Virus record (IMG/VR): IMGVR_UViG_3300024187_000008
Location: 1 to 63,081 of that record
DNA from: a virus
Taxonomy: Duplodnaviria > Caudoviricetes
Strand: one strand, 5' to 3'
Length of the DNA stretch: 63,081 bases
A program made the position numbers and the translations under genes. The notes beneath the pieces are model-generated. The model saw only the letters and a program-made list of their open reading frames with translations. It was not told the DNA's origin and did no database searches. Below, one piece after another: positions 27,949 through 36,212 of this stretch (its first letter is position 1; each line of letters begins with the position of its first letter).

Positions 27949-29109
27949 TTAGATGTACTCGTTGTAGTCGCGAGGCCGCAGCTTCTCGGCTCGCTTCGCG
28001 AGGTCCTCACGGCCCATGCCGGAGGCGATCTGCGAGTCGTAGGAGTAGCTCGTGTTCGACCCGACGATGCGGTCGAAGACGGCGAGGAGAGCGGGGCTCG
28101 GAGGGAGCACGTAGTCGTACTCGATCGGGGTGCCCGCGTCCATCGCCACGCCGTAGACGACGCCACCACCTACGATGGGGTCCGCGACGGTGCGCTGGTT
28201 GACGCCGCCGACCTCGAAGCGCGAGGTGCGCTGGCCGTGGCCGGGGCGGATCGTGTAGCGGACGGTCTGGCCCTGCACGGCGTTCGCTACGCTCGCGGTG
28301 ACAGTGCCGCCTGAGCCGGCCGCCTGGGTCGCGGTGACGACGGAGGTGGCAACGATGATCGCGGCGGACGTGACCGAGATCGTGTGATCGGCGGTGACGT
28401 TCGAGAAGGTCTTCTGGTAGGTGGCTTGGCCGGCAGCATCGCCGACCGATACGCCGTCCACCAGCACGTCGGCGATCAGGTAGCCCGAGTCCACGGAGGC
28501 GTTCAGCACGAGGGAGTCGCCGACCGTGACCGTGTTATCACCCTCGTGGTCCCATGCAGAGTGGGCGTCCGAGGAGGCGGTGATCGTCTTGGCGGCAGCT
28601 TCGGTGGCTGTGCCGAGACTCAGGTGGGAGATCAGGAAGCCCTTGGTCTGGCCGACCGCCGGGCCGTACTGGATGGTGAGCCCTTCCTCGGAAACGCTGC
28701 CGGGGCTGTGGAGGGCCTCCTCCGGGTGGAAGCTGTAATCGCGGAACACGCCGTCAGCGGGGATCGCGGTGAGGGCGATTCCGGTTGCCGAACTGAACTC
28801 GCTCTGCGAGTACTTGCCGTCATCAGAAGCGATGAAGACGTAGAGCGCGGCACCAGGGTCCTGCGTGCCCGCAGAGGTGCGCGCGAGCCGGACATTGATG
28901 TACAGGGGAAGGACCGCGAGCGCCGCCGGAATGTTCACGTCCGTGTTGCAGGCCGCCCGCTGCGACGAGCCCGTCGTCCATTCGAGGTACTTGGTGTCGT
29001 CGTAATCGTTGAGCGCGTCGAACATGTCGGTGACGCCGTGCTGCGTATCGAACTCGGCGACCCCGCCCTGGTTGGCGGCTGAGTCTGCACTGGGTCTGTA
29101 GAAGGCCAT
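27949..29109 (-). CDS. Putative virion-surface protein with beta-sandwich and bacterial-repeat (InlB B-repeat-like) domains
   Basis: GY.IADVLVDGVSVG....TFSNVTADHTISV repeat-type motif; Thr/Ser/Gly-rich. Confidence 0.6.
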   Translation of the reverse strand: MAFYRPSADSAANQGGVAEFDTQHGVTDMFDALNDYDDTKYLEWTTGSSQRAACNTDVNIPAALAVLPLYINVRLARTSAGTQDPGAALYVFIASDDGKYSQSEFSSATGIALTAIPADGVFRDYSFHPEEALHSPGSVSEEGLTIQYGPAVGQTKGFLISHLSLGTATEAAAKTITASSDAHSAWDHEGDNTVTVGDSLVLNASVDSGYLIADVLVDGVSVGDAAGQATYQKTFSNVTADHTISVTSAAIIVATSVVTATQAAGSGGTVTASVANAVQGQTVRYTIRPGHGQRTSRFEVGGVNQRTVADPIVGGGVVYGVAMDAGTPIEYDYVLPPSPALLAVFDRIVGSNTSYSYDSQIASGMGREDLAKRAEKLRPRDYNEYI

Positions 29110-29118
29110 TGTTACCTC

Positions 29119-31056
29119 TTACACGGGGTCCCGTGGGGGTAGGAACTCGTCGTCCCAACCGTGACCGGGAGTCATCAGCCCCAGGCCCGCGAGTTCGTCG
29201 CGGTCCATGAGGAACTGGGTGAGTTCCTGGTCGTTCATCGGCTTGCCGACGTTCTTGAGATCGTTGTCCCACGGACGGCGGGGTATTGCTCCCTCGTCGG
29301 ATGGGGCGCCTGGGCGGACGGACGGAGGTGTCCAGCCTGCCTGTTTCGTGAAGCCGTCCGTCATCGCGTCCGCGAGGTCATCATGGCCAACAACGTCGAG
29401 GCGGACGATCTGGTCGATCATCTTGCTGACGATGGGCGGGATGAGGAAGTGCGGGCACTGACGGGGGATGAACTGGTTCTTGACGCGGTCGTACTCGGGC
29501 GGCGGGCAATCGCACGGACCACGGTTGAGGAGGATGCGGACGTGGCCCTCGGCCCAGTGGCCGGCGGCCGTACGGATGCGCGCCTTCTTCTCGGTGGTGC
29601 GGTTGAACTGGATGAACTGGTCCTCGCCGAGCGTGATGCCGGCGGTGCGGAGGATGCCGAGGATGCGGTTCTTGTAGGTGCCCTCCTTGCCGCCGGGCTC
29701 CTTCTCGTCCGTGATGCACTTCAGCATGATCCCGCGCGAGCGCAGGTTCAGGCAGACCTTGACCAGTTCCTTGTTGAAGTCCTCCTCGCGCCACTCGTTC
29801 GAGGCGCGCATCAGGAGGGTGTCGAGGTAGAGGATGCCGTTGTCCTGGTCGCCCTTGATCCAGACCACGATGGCGGAGTCGTCGCCGTCGCCCGCGTTGT
29901 CAATGTTCTTGAACGCGGTGTCGATGTGGACAGTGGCCCACTGTGGCCGGACCTCCCACATGAAGTCCTGGTAGTCCATGTACAGCCAGGGAATCTGCGA
30001 CTCGACGAGGGGAGCCTTCTCGCCCGAGCCAGGGTTGTTCTGCTGCTGGCAGGCGAAGTCTTCGGCATCGCGGGCTTTCGCCTGCGCGATCATGTCCCGG
30101 TCCCACAACAGGGGGTGCGTGGGCTCGCCGGTCTTCTCGTCCTCGGTCTGGTAGAAGAAGACGTGCCAGAGGCCCTTGCCGAACTCCACTTGGTCGAAGA
30201 TCGCCATGTGGGGGCAGGGCATCCCGGACCACGACGCCACGCCTTCCTCGCGGAAGTGCTCGCCGACCACGTCGTTGTCGAGGTAGCGGGTCGCGACGAG
30301 CGACATCAGGCCGTTCGTGTGCAGGGAGTTGTAGGAGGCGTTGACCGCTTCCTTCTGGCCGCGCAGGTACGCGACCTTGTCCTTCTTCAGCTTGGTCTTC
30401 TGGAGCGGGTCGTCCCACCAGCACTGGCGGGGATGGTAGCCGGTCGCGCCGATCGAGGAGGATGACGTATCCAGCGAGGGCTCAGAGATGTTGCGCGAGT
30501 TGCGGTAGCCGTGGTTGACGTACTGCTTGGTCCAGTCCTTGGCGGAGGAGGACCAGTCGCCGTAGAGCCAGCAGAACCACGAGTCGGAGTCTTCACCCGA
30601 CAGCACGGCCTTCTGGGACTTGAGGATGTCAACGGAGAAGTCTTCGGTGCTGGACTGGATGAGGACCGTCATGTTCGGGTCGTCGAGGCCGGACCAGAGG
30701 GTCCCGCACTTCGTCGCTGAGACGGTCTTGCCGTAGCCTCGGGGGAGGATCGAGGCGATGTGCGTCCGGCCAGGGCGGCCGGTGAGTGCGCGCTTCTTCC
30801 ACGCGAGCAGGTGGCCCTGGAGCCACTGCGAGTAGGGGACGTGGATCGGCTTGTAGAGCCAGCGCGGCTCCGAAGGGTTGGAGCGCAGGTATGCTTCTGC
30901 GCCCCACGCCTTCGTCATGAAGTACCAGAGGGAGTAGGGGTGCGTCCCTACCTTGTCGCCCTCGAACCAAGAGTTCGGAGCGCAGATCGAACGCCAGAGA
31001 TCGCGTTCCGCATCCAGGTCCCAAGCCACTGAAGTCTGAACCGTAGCTTGAGCCAT
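29119..31056 (-). CDS. terL: Terminase large subunit
   Basis: Walker A PRGYGKT, TG.H...WWDDP Walker B, ATRY..ND coupling motif, FACQQQNNP, nuclease IDTA/DDSA/HDDLADA. Confidence 0.92.
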   Translation of the reverse strand: MAQATVQTSVAWDLDAERDLWRSICAPNSWFEGDKVGTHPYSLWYFMTKAWGAEAYLRSNPSEPRWLYKPIHVPYSQWLQGHLLAWKKRALTGRPGRTHIASILPRGYGKTVSATKCGTLWSGLDDPNMTVLIQSSTEDFSVDILKSQKAVLSGEDSDSWFCWLYGDWSSSAKDWTKQYVNHGYRNSRNISEPSLDTSSSSIGATGYHPRQCWWDDPLQKTKLKKDKVAYLRGQKEAVNASYNSLHTNGLMSLVATRYLDNDVVGEHFREEGVASWSGMPCPHMAIFDQVEFGKGLWHVFFYQTEDEKTGEPTHPLLWDRDMIAQAKARDAEDFACQQQNNPGSGEKAPLVESQIPWLYMDYQDFMWEVRPQWATVHIDTAFKNIDNAGDGDDSAIVVWIKGDQDNGILYLDTLLMRASNEWREEDFNKELVKVCLNLRSRGIMLKCITDEKEPGGKEGTYKNRILGILRTAGITLGEDQFIQFNRTTEKKARIRTAAGHWAEGHVRILLNRGPCDCPPPEYDRVKNQFIPRQCPHFLIPPIVSKMIDQIVRLDVVGHDDLADAMTDGFTKQAGWTPPSVRPGAPSDEGAIPRRPWDNDLKNVGKPMNDQELTQFLMDRDELAGLGLMTPGHGWDDEFLPPRDPV

Positions 31057-31265
31057 GCGTACTCCTTCAGGGTGAGCGACCCGATGTTCCAGAGGCGGTC
31101 GATGCTGTCCTCGTTGTAGTAGACGATGTCGGGAGAACCACCGTCACGGTAAACGTGAGCGAGCGCCGCGTCGAAGTCTTCCCTCGTGAGCGGTTTGGCG
31201 CACGCCTCGGGATCAGTGGGGTTCGTCGTGATGAACTTGTGGAGACCGTCGAACTGCTTGCTCAT
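30948..31265 (-). CDS. Hypothetical protein
   Basis: MSKQFDGLHK...; start overlaps the upstream stop; 3' end overlaps terL. Confidence 0.5.
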   Translation of the reverse strand: MSKQFDGLHKFITTNPTDPEACAKPLTREDFDAALAHVYRDGGSPDIVYYNEDSIDRLWNIGSLTLKEYAWLKLRFRLQWLGTWMRNAISGVRSALRTLGSRATR

Positions 31266-31771
31266 CGCCCGTACCGCCTGAAGGACCACTTGCCCATGTT
31301 CAGCATGAGGACCCAACCGGCCACGTAGAGGCGGAAGGGCATGCCCGGGCGGACGGAGGAGAAGGTGACGCCACGGCCGCCCTCGTTGATGGTGATGAAG
31401 TGCGGGCCGCGCCGGATGAAGGTGCGGAACGCGCGCTTGACCTTCGCCCACCAGATGACGCGGCGGGCCTGGACCAGGGTCTCGGGCGGCTTGCCGTCCG
31501 GGATTTCCACGGTGTAGGGGCGTTCCTCGTCGAGCCAGTCGGTGACGGGGATGCCGCGCTTGCGCTTCTCGTCGGCCACGGTGGAGATCACGATCGCGCC
31601 CCGCTGCATCAGACGAAGCTGGTCGGCGTGGTTGGCGATGAAGTTGGAGCGGAACTGCTCGGAGGCTTTCGTGCCAACGGGCAGCTTGGCACGGGCCTTG
31701 GCGCGCTCGGCATCCTGCTGTTCGAGGAGCTTCTGCGCGTCGTCCGGGATCAGAGAGCCTTTTTCAGCCAT
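31262..31771 (-). CDS. Hypothetical protein
   Basis: MAEKGSLIP...; AAAGGA RBS. Confidence 0.6.
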   Translation of the reverse strand: MAEKGSLIPDDAQKLLEQQDAERAKARAKLPVGTKASEQFRSNFIANHADQLRLMQRGAIVISTVADEKRKRGIPVTDWLDEERPYTVEIPDGKPPETLVQARRVIWWAKVKRAFRTFIRRGPHFITINEGGRGVTFSSVRPGMPFRLYVAGWVLMLNMGKWSFRRYGR

Positions 31772-32166
31772 GAGACGATTCCTTTCACCCGCGAGCGCCA
31801 AGTGATGGGCGTCGGCAGGGGAGGGGGCGGCGGCACGTTGACCGTGCTGCGCGCGGAGGGTGGGCGGGTCGCGTCGAACTGCATGACGACATCGCCGGGC
31901 TTGTGCATGCTGACCGTGGTCGTGGTGCCATCTTCGAGGGTGATCTCGGTCTCGACGACGTTGTCGCGGAGGCCGGCAGCGTCGAGGTCCGCGCGAATCT
32001 TCACGCGCGTCTCATCGCAGAGCTTCATCTGCGCGATGGCCTTCTTGATCGAGGGGAGCTTGGTCTCGACGCCGTCGATCATCATCCACTCTTCGCCGAA
32101 CTCGTCGATGACGATGTCGCGGCGGTTGGCCTTGCGTACTTCGGGAACGGGGGCGAATGGGTCCAC
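31750..32166 (-). CDS. Hypothetical protein
   Basis: GC3-rich frame. Confidence 0.6.
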   Translation of the reverse strand: MDPFAPVPEVRKANRRDIVIDEFGEEWMMIDGVETKLPSIKKAIAQMKLCDETRVKIRADLDAAGLRDNVVETEITLEDGTTTTVSMHKPGDVVMQFDATRPPSARSTVNVPPPPPLPTPITWRSRVKGIVSWLKKAL

Positions 32167-32177
32167 GGGACTTCCTT

Positions 32178-32474
32178 TCAGACGGTCTTGCCGGTCAGGT
32201 GGCCGGGAGGAATCTCGGAGGTGCGCTTCACGGAGAAGAGCATCGCTCCCGAGAAGGGGATGTGGAGGCAGTAGTCCGAGCCACAGGGCTCACCGGCGTC
32301 GTTGTATTCGATGTGCACTTCGAGGTAGGCGCGCCGGCCGCCGAAGTTGGCACCAGCACTGTACGCCTTCTCCATCAGGGCTTCGAGTTCCTTGTTCGGG
32401 TACACCGGAACGAGTTCGTCGGGGACGTTCTCGTGGATCGGGATTTCCCCGAAGTCACTGCGGTACGTTCTCAC
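32178..32474 (-). CDS. Hypothetical protein
   Basis: GC3-rich frame, coupled start/stop. Confidence 0.6.
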   Translation of the reverse strand: MRTYRSDFGEIPIHENVPDELVPVYPNKELEALMEKAYSAGANFGGRRAYLEVHIEYNDAGEPCGSDYCLHIPFSGAMLFSVKRTSEIPPGHLTGKTV

Positions 32475-32737
32475 CGGGACTCGCCCGGCCGGGGGATCAT
32501 CCCTCGGCTGGCGCCAAAGGTCCGGGGATCGGTGTAGTTCGAGCCCGGGTGGATCGCGCGCTGCTGCATCGCCATGCGGCCCACGTAGAGGAGTTGGTCG
32601 GCGGTGGCGGCGGGATTCTCGGCCGCGAAGTGCTGCTGCGCCTCGTTGTTGAGGGTCTGGCAGGTTCCGCAGACGTTGTTCGCGTACTCGGCCGGGTTCT
32701 TCGGGCCGCCGCAGTTACGGCATGTGCTCGTCAGCAT
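32471..32737 (-). CDS. Small zinc-ribbon protein
   Basis: CRNC...CGTC. Confidence 0.6.
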   Translation of the reverse strand: MLTSTCRNCGGPKNPAEYANNVCGTCQTLNNEAQQHFAAENPAATADQLLYVGRMAMQQRAIHPGSNYTDPRTFGASRGMIPRPGESR

Positions 32738-33039
32738 CAGAAGCTCCTTGGATTCGGATCGTGCGGCGGCAGCAGGGGCGGGGGCGTGAGTGCCCGCGTG
32801 ATCCAGTTGTCGTCGGCGCGATAGTCCGTGGTGGGGTTCAGTCGGTCGCGTTCGCGGCGGCTGAGGATGAGCAGGTGGTTGTCACGCTGCTCGTCGTTGT
32901 GCTCTACAACCAGTGTGACGCCGGGCATGCCGCGCACAACCGCAAGGTAGATGCGTGATGGCTCGCACCAGCAGTCGGTGGACTGCACATGGCCGGTGCG
33001 GTGCTCGGCTACGATGTGGAGTGTTCCTTCGGTCTGCAT
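32737..33039 (-). CDS. Hypothetical protein (H...CWC.P...H putative metal site)
   Basis: HVQSTDCWCEP...VVEHND. Confidence 0.6.
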   Translation of the reverse strand: MQTEGTLHIVAEHRTGHVQSTDCWCEPSRIYLAVVRGMPGVTLVVEHNDEQRDNHLLILSRRERDRLNPTTDYRADDNWITRALTPPPLLPPHDPNPRSF

Positions 33040-33048
33040 GAGCGAGCC

Positions 33049-33483
33049 TCATTTCTCAGGCGGGCGCTCGGCCAGTTCCGCGAGGGGTCGGTCGGGCAGT
33101 AGTGCTTCGGACTCGGCTATCTTCCGGTCGATGATCTTCGTCCACTTCGCGAGGCGCTGCGGACTCTTCTTGATGAAGTCCTGCATATAGTGCTCGAACG
33201 CGAGGATCATGACCTCTTCGAGCGTGGGATCGAACTTGCCCCAGATCAGTTCGGAGAAGACGACGTGGATCAGTTCATGGAGAACGGTGAGCCACGGATC
33301 GCCAGCGTTCGCGTCCACCTCGATCTTGATCCACCTCGGAGGGTAGAAGTCGTCGAAGTCGCACGAGCCGGCGGTGTCGTTACGTTTGGGGACCCGCTTG
33401 ATCGTCACCAGCGGGCGGTCCAGCAGGTTCAGCAGGTGCCGGTGCAGGCTCACCTTGCTCCACGGCTTGCGTGCTTTCGCCAT
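33049..33483 (-). CDS. Zincin-like (HExxH) protein
   Basis: TVLHELIH...LEE. Confidence 0.6.
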   Translation of the reverse strand: MAKARKPWSKVSLHRHLLNLLDRPLVTIKRVPKRNDTAGSCDFDDFYPPRWIKIEVDANAGDPWLTVLHELIHVVFSELIWGKFDPTLEEVMILAFEHYMQDFIKKSPQRLAKWTKIIDRKIAESEALLPDRPLAELAERPPEK

Positions 33484-34141
33484 CGGTCGGCCTCGTGAGG
33501 GCGATCAGCGCGTTGGCGAGGACGGTGAAGCCGAACGACTCGATCATGGCGGCGAGCGCGAGATCGAGGCCGACGGCCGTGTCCATGTCCTTGAGGCGCG
33601 CGATCGCGTCGGCTTGGGTCTTCGGCTTTCCTGGGCCGAGGTCCTTCTTCTTCGCCATGTCGCGCAGCTTGTTCCACATCTGGGACGCGCTCATGCGCGT
33701 GTCCGGGTGGAGGTCTGTGCGGAGCGCGAAGACGATGCACTGCTTGATGAGCATCCTCTGGACGAGTTCGTCGTCGCCAGAGTCCACGACGCCATCGACC
33801 ATGTTCGCCAGGGCGAGCATCGCCTCGTGGTCGAGGACGGTGCCCCCTCGGCTGGCTTTGGGGGCAGCGGCGGGCTTCTCGGGCTCCGGGTCCACCTCGC
33901 CGGCTTCTGCGGCGGCAACGTGCTCGGGCGGTGGGGCGTTCCGGGCGGCGGCGAGCTTGCCCTCGGCGATCAGTTCGCGGCGAGCGCGAGCTACCGTGTT
34001 GTCGGACAAGCCCGTAGCGAGGCAGATACGCGCCTTGCTCCACGTCTGGTGGTCGAGGATGAACTCCTTGGCCTGCCGGAGCTTCGCGCCCTGCATCGAG
34101 AGGTGTGCGCCAGGGGCGCCATCCTCAGCATCGTTTCGCAT
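33380..34141 (-). CDS. HTH protein, candidate terminase small subunit
   Basis: SKARICLATGLSDNTVARARREL helix-turn-helix; first gene of the leftward operon. Confidence 0.5.
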   Translation of the reverse strand: MRNDAEDGAPGAHLSMQGAKLRQAKEFILDHQTWSKARICLATGLSDNTVARARRELIAEGKLAAARNAPPPEHVAAAEAGEVDPEPEKPAAAPKASRGGTVLDHEAMLALANMVDGVVDSGDDELVQRMLIKQCIVFALRTDLHPDTRMSASQMWNKLRDMAKKKDLGPGKPKTQADAIARLKDMDTAVGLDLALAAMIESFGFTVLANALIALTRPTDGESTQAVEQGEPAPAPAEPAGPPAGDDQAGPQT

Positions 34142-34235
34142 AGCCCCCCGCTTTCTGGTATCCCGGCCCCTTCGCCCCCCTTTTCGACCCGCGTTTGGGG
34201 TCGTACCGGGTGGGCCTGCCCTGCTCGCGCCCTGC

Positions 34236-34251
34236 TGGCACGCACCTTGCT
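34236..34251 (+). promoter_or_regulatory. Sigma54-type -24/-12 element
   Basis: TGGCACGCACCTTGCT is a perfect TGGCACG-N4-TTGCW match. Confidence 0.55.
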
Positions 34252-34349
34252 AGCGCCCGCACGTCTCATGCCAACGTGCACCTCGCACGACGCCCAGGCG
34301 CGCATCGGTGGGCCACCTCCGGGCGGTTTCCACCCCGCGAGGGCGCCCC

Positions 34350-34369
34350 TCCAGACTCATCATACCACA
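34350..34369 (-). promoter_or_regulatory. Extended -10 promoter for the leftward (packaging/virion) arm, with conserved AGTCTGGA motif
   Basis: Minus strand TGTGGTATGATGAGTCTGGA; 18/20 identical to each of the sites at 42497 and 57458. Confidence 0.65.
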
Positions 34370-34467
34370 TCCCGCGCCAAGAACCGTGCCAAAGCGTGTC
34401 AATCCTTTGTCAAGAGGCGCCGCGCGGGCACACGTAACCCCTTGAACCGGGCCGAAGTGCGCGCAGG

Positions 34468-34485
34468 TGTCAAGGTACCTTGACA
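34468..34485. promoter_or_regulatory. Perfect 18-bp palindrome (operator/back-to-back TTGACA)
   Basis: TGTCAAGGTACCTTGACA. Confidence 0.6.
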
Positions 34486-34593
34486 GGCGGCACGGCGGCG
34501 CAACCGTGCGGTTTGCCCCACCTGCGAGGGCATTTCGCCCAGTTTGGCGCTCCCTCGGCTGGTCGCTCTGTTGCAGCACAACGAGTTAGCGGC

Positions 34594-34609
34594 TGGCACG
34601 GAGAGTGCA
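34594..34609 (+). promoter_or_regulatory. Sigma54-type -24/-12 element upstream of the early structured leader
   Basis: TGGCACGGAGAGTGCA (one mismatch); predicted start near 34620. Confidence 0.5.
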
Positions 34610-34963
34610 CTACCGTATCGCTGTCGTCGGCAGCGGCCGGCGACCCGAGGGTAGCGCCAAGAGCCCGAAGGGACCCGCAAGGTCCCCGTGGGACGGCAGA
34701 GCGGGCCTTCGACAGCAGGCAGCGGGTGGCGGGAGCCACCTGCGAGTCCAGAACGCCGATGAGGTGTCGCGCTGAACCCAACGCTGAGGTAGGCGCCCAT
34801 GACCGTAGCGGCCGGCTGGACCTGACAGAGTGCGAGGCTCAAGTAAACACGGCCGGAACCCGAAGCCCGGGGCGCACGAATAGCAGGTGGCAGAATCGAG
34901 CGGTGCGCTGGTGAAGCGCGGCCGGAGTCGATTCGGCCTGCACCGCCACCCCAAAGGGTGGCC

Positions 34964-35013
34964 CGGTCGCGTGCTGCACTAGCACGCCTGAAGAGCCCGC
35001 AAGGGCGAAACCG
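34964..35013 (+). ncRNA. Hammerhead ribozyme 1 (type III)
   Basis: CGG-TC (GUC site) / stem I GCGTGCT-GCACT-AGCACGC / CTGAAGA / stem II GCCC-GCAA-GGGC / GAAA / CCG. Confidence 0.9.
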
Positions 35014-35024
35014 AGGAGGACACG

Positions 35025-35174
35025 ATGCACAAGCCGAGCAAGTTCCAGAAGGTGCTGCGCGCCGAGAACCGTTTCTTCGCCGGCAAGACGAAGCGCGGCC
35101 GTGCGTGGCTCGCCAAGAAGGTCGCCAACCGCCTCGCGTGGTTCCGTGCGCACCCGAAGGCCCCGCTGATCTAG
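35025..35174 (+). CDS. Small basic early protein (49 aa), flanked by two hammerheads
   Basis: MHKPSKFQKVLRAENRFF...; RBS GAGGAGG; below the ORF-track size cutoff. Confidence 0.7.
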   Translation: MHKPSKFQKVLRAENRFFAGKTKRGRAWLAKKVANRLAWFRAHPKAPLI

Positions 35175-35176
35175 CA

Positions 35177-35297
35177 GGACGAAACGCCCAACGGTGCATC
35201 GGCCGATGTACCGGCCTGACGGAGCGAAAGCGGCTAGGCGCCGTGAGTAGTAGCCGGCAGGCGGGCGTAGCGCGGTCAAGCCGCGCCTGATGAGTCC
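35177..35297 (+). ncRNA. Hammerhead ribozyme 2 (type II, large stem III insert)
   Basis: GGAC-GAAA-CGCCC..(73 nt)..GGGCG-TA (GUA site)-GCGCGG-TCAAG-CCGCGC-CTGATGA-GTCC. Confidence 0.88.
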
Positions 35298-35315
35298 CAA
35301 GCTGAGGAGGTCCAG

Positions 35316-35504
35316 ATGCATGACGTGCGCTATGAGTCGCACGGTTCGCTGTGCCTGTTCCGGCTCCTGACCGACGCCGCCCGCAACTGGGTGGAGGAGA
35401 ATGTCAACGAGCCCAACTACTTCGGTGGCGCTCTCGTGTGCGAGCCACGCTACGCATACGACCTCGTCACCGGCATGAGGGAGGGCGGCCTTCGGGTCGC
35501 GTGA
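35316..35504 (+). CDS. Small early protein
   Basis: MHDVRYESHG...; RBS GAGGAGG. Confidence 0.7.
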   Translation: MHDVRYESHGSLCLFRLLTDAARNWVEENVNEPNYFGGALVCEPRYAYDLVTGMREGGLRVA

Positions 35505-35506
35505 CC

Positions 35507-35725
35507 ATGACACGCAAGGACTACGTTGTACTCGCCCGTGCTCTGAGCACGACGAAGCCCACCCGCGTTGGTCCCGCCGGCTACGCCTTCGCGAGGATTC
35601 GCGCGCAGTGGGTACACGACCTCATGGTCGTCTGTAACGCACTGGAGGCGGACAATCCCCGCTTCGAACGGAGGCGCTTTCTTCAGGCGGCCGGCTACTT
35701 CACGCAGGAGGCACCAACATGCTGA
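35507..35725 (+). CDS. Small conserved phage early protein (MTRKDY...DNPRF..RF..A type)
   Basis: Recognisable motif pattern; function unknown. Confidence 0.65.
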   Translation: MTRKDYVVLARALSTTKPTRVGPAGYAFARIRAQWVHDLMVVCNALEADNPRFERRRFLQAAGYFTQEAPTC

Positions 35726-36117
35726 CCACTGGGCAGTGTCAGGTCGCTGCATACCTGACGGACGGCGATGTCATCTGCACCGACTGCGCCGAACACCGCA
35801 TCAACTTCAACGAGGAGGACCGCTACGACGAACTCGTGGATGAGGAGCCGGGCGACGAGGCCCCCTCGTGGCACCGCGAGCGCGAACTGCGCAAGCAGGC
35901 CGAGGCAGAGCGGCGTGAGTGCGAGGAGGCCAAGGGCCTTCGCCCCCTGATCCAGTACGAACTGGACAGCGACGAGTGCTGGCAGGAGGACGGCTTGACC
36001 TGCGGCGACTGTGGTGCTATTCTCGTGGAGCCGTACGAGGACCCCGAGGCTGTACTGACCGACGAGGCCGAGGACATGGATGCGTGGCTCGCCGACGAGC
36101 AGAAGGAGAACCTGTGA
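35719..36117 (+). CDS. Acidic protein with split CxxC/CxxC zinc site
   Basis: ICTDC...TCGDCG; GGAGG RBS. Confidence 0.65.
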   Translation: MLTTGQCQVAAYLTDGDVICTDCAEHRINFNEEDRYDELVDEEPGDEAPSWHRERELRKQAEAERRECEEAKGLRPLIQYELDSDECWQEDGLTCGDCGAILVEPYEDPEAVLTDEAEDMDAWLADEQKENL

Positions 36118-36212
36118 ACCTGAACCCGCTTCAGATTGTCATCATCGTGGCAGCCCTCGCGTTCTTGGGCTTCGTCGCGATCATCACCCGGGACCTCCGG
36201 CGGAAGTACTAA
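36114..36212 (+). CDS. Small single-TM peptide
   Basis: GTG start after AAGGAG; NLNPLQIVIIVAALAFLGFVAII-RDLRRKY. Confidence 0.55.
   Translation: MNLNPLQIVIIVAALAFLGFVAIITRDLRRKY

Noticed and set aside
5788-30465. Long plus-strand ORFs antisense to the structural genes (e.g. 5788-7977, 14811-16928, 17280-19385, 29161-30465)
   Set aside because: Shadow ORFs expected from high-GC3 codon usage; no motifs or RBS.
34756-34780. Possible fourth hammerhead (CCGATGA..GAAC)
   Set aside because: Two core deviations, a weak stem II and no convincing stems I/III.
34836-34901. Twister-ribozyme-like segment (TAA-ACAC-GGC-CGG-AACCCGAAGC-CCG)
   Set aside because: It resembles twister P2/P4 but lacks the downstream GA-GGG needed for the T1 pseudoknot, and loop 4 deviates.
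34250-35290. ORF-track proteins across the divergent control region
   Set aside because: Arg/Pro/Gly-rich random-like translations without RBS. The region is better explained by promoters, structured RNA and the 35025-35174 ORF.
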